NCBI GenBank assembly: GCA_963816395.1
Contig: CAWFKQ010000016.1
Span: 448,001-512,000, forward strand
Reading direction: 5' to 3'
Origin: an uncultured delta proteobacterium
GTDB lineage: Bacteria > Desulfobacterota > Desulfuromonadia > Desulfuromonadales > JACZKF01
Length of the DNA stretch: 64,000 nucleotides
This document shows, piece after piece, positions 63,794 to 64,000 of this stretch; positions within the stretch are counted from its first letter, which is position 1, and every line of letters starts with the position of its first letter. Under the pieces are notes generated by a model. That model did not search any database. It saw nothing but the letters and a program-made list of their open reading frames with translations, and had not been told where the DNA came from. Position numbers and translations under genes: made by a program.

Positions 63794-63820
63794 AGTACTA
63801 TAATGCTTATTTGGAGTCAA
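63794..63820 (-). promoter_or_regulatory. Promoter/operator (degenerate copy) upstream of SDR-thiolase
   Basis: AGTACTATAATGCT with minus strand TTGACT at the same spacing as at 23248, 32120 and 34735. Confidence 0.65.
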
Positions 63821-64000
63821 GAATTATCTTTACCAGATGGACGAGAGGCGCAGACCCTGGCGACCCCCCGAGTCGACGCTAGAGCGGAATTAATCCGACT
63901 CGTTCCACGCGGCGTCAAAGGGTGATTGCCCCAGAAGGAGGCAGGCTGCGGCTCGCATCCGGATATCTGCTTTACAAGGTCGGAAAATTTAGGTATTCTG

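Overview
GC-rich window, most likely from a Desulfuromonadales-like (Desulfuromonas/Geobacter-related) anaerobe. This is inferred from the Geobacter-like bamA, DUF4911 and the intergenic repeat types. Positions 1-9 kb hold housekeeping and lipid-type genes (phosphatase, beta-barrel, a lipid kinase/Nudix/methyltransferase/prenyltransferase-like/permease run, nudC, ald). Positions 9-64 kb are a large anaerobic aromatic-catabolism island. It contains (i) a Thauera-type ATP-dependent class I benzoyl-CoA reductase (bcrCBAD) behind bamA/oah, with thiolase, hbd, ETF, an ETF-linked Fe-S membrane oxidoreductase and sucCD; (ii) glutaryl-CoA dehydrogenase with a Na+-pumping biotin decarboxylase set and an OadA-like subunit; (iii) a second, nearly identical bamA and a BadL/BadM-like GNAT-Rrf2 pair, whose probable operator I can see five times; and (iv) a ~24.5 kb plus-strand, sigma-54-driven cassette. 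That cassette encodes an XDH-family Mo hydroxylase with an outer-membrane channel, a GAF/5xPAS hybrid kinase, a sigma-54 activator, FdhD, a PadBCD-like Mo-bisPGD enzyme, a PadE-I-like arylglyoxylate oxidoreductase, an isatin-hydrolase-like cyclase, a BamB (class II reductase) paralogue and a VOC protein. My best reading is a complete O2-independent route indole -> oxindole -> isatin -> isatate -> 2-aminobenzoyl-CoA feeding the benzoyl-CoA pathway; this is inference and untested. About 20 genes or sites carry single-base frameshifts, almost all +1 insertions, which looks like long-read error rather than decay. All family assignments come from motifs and remembered sequences; no searches were run.
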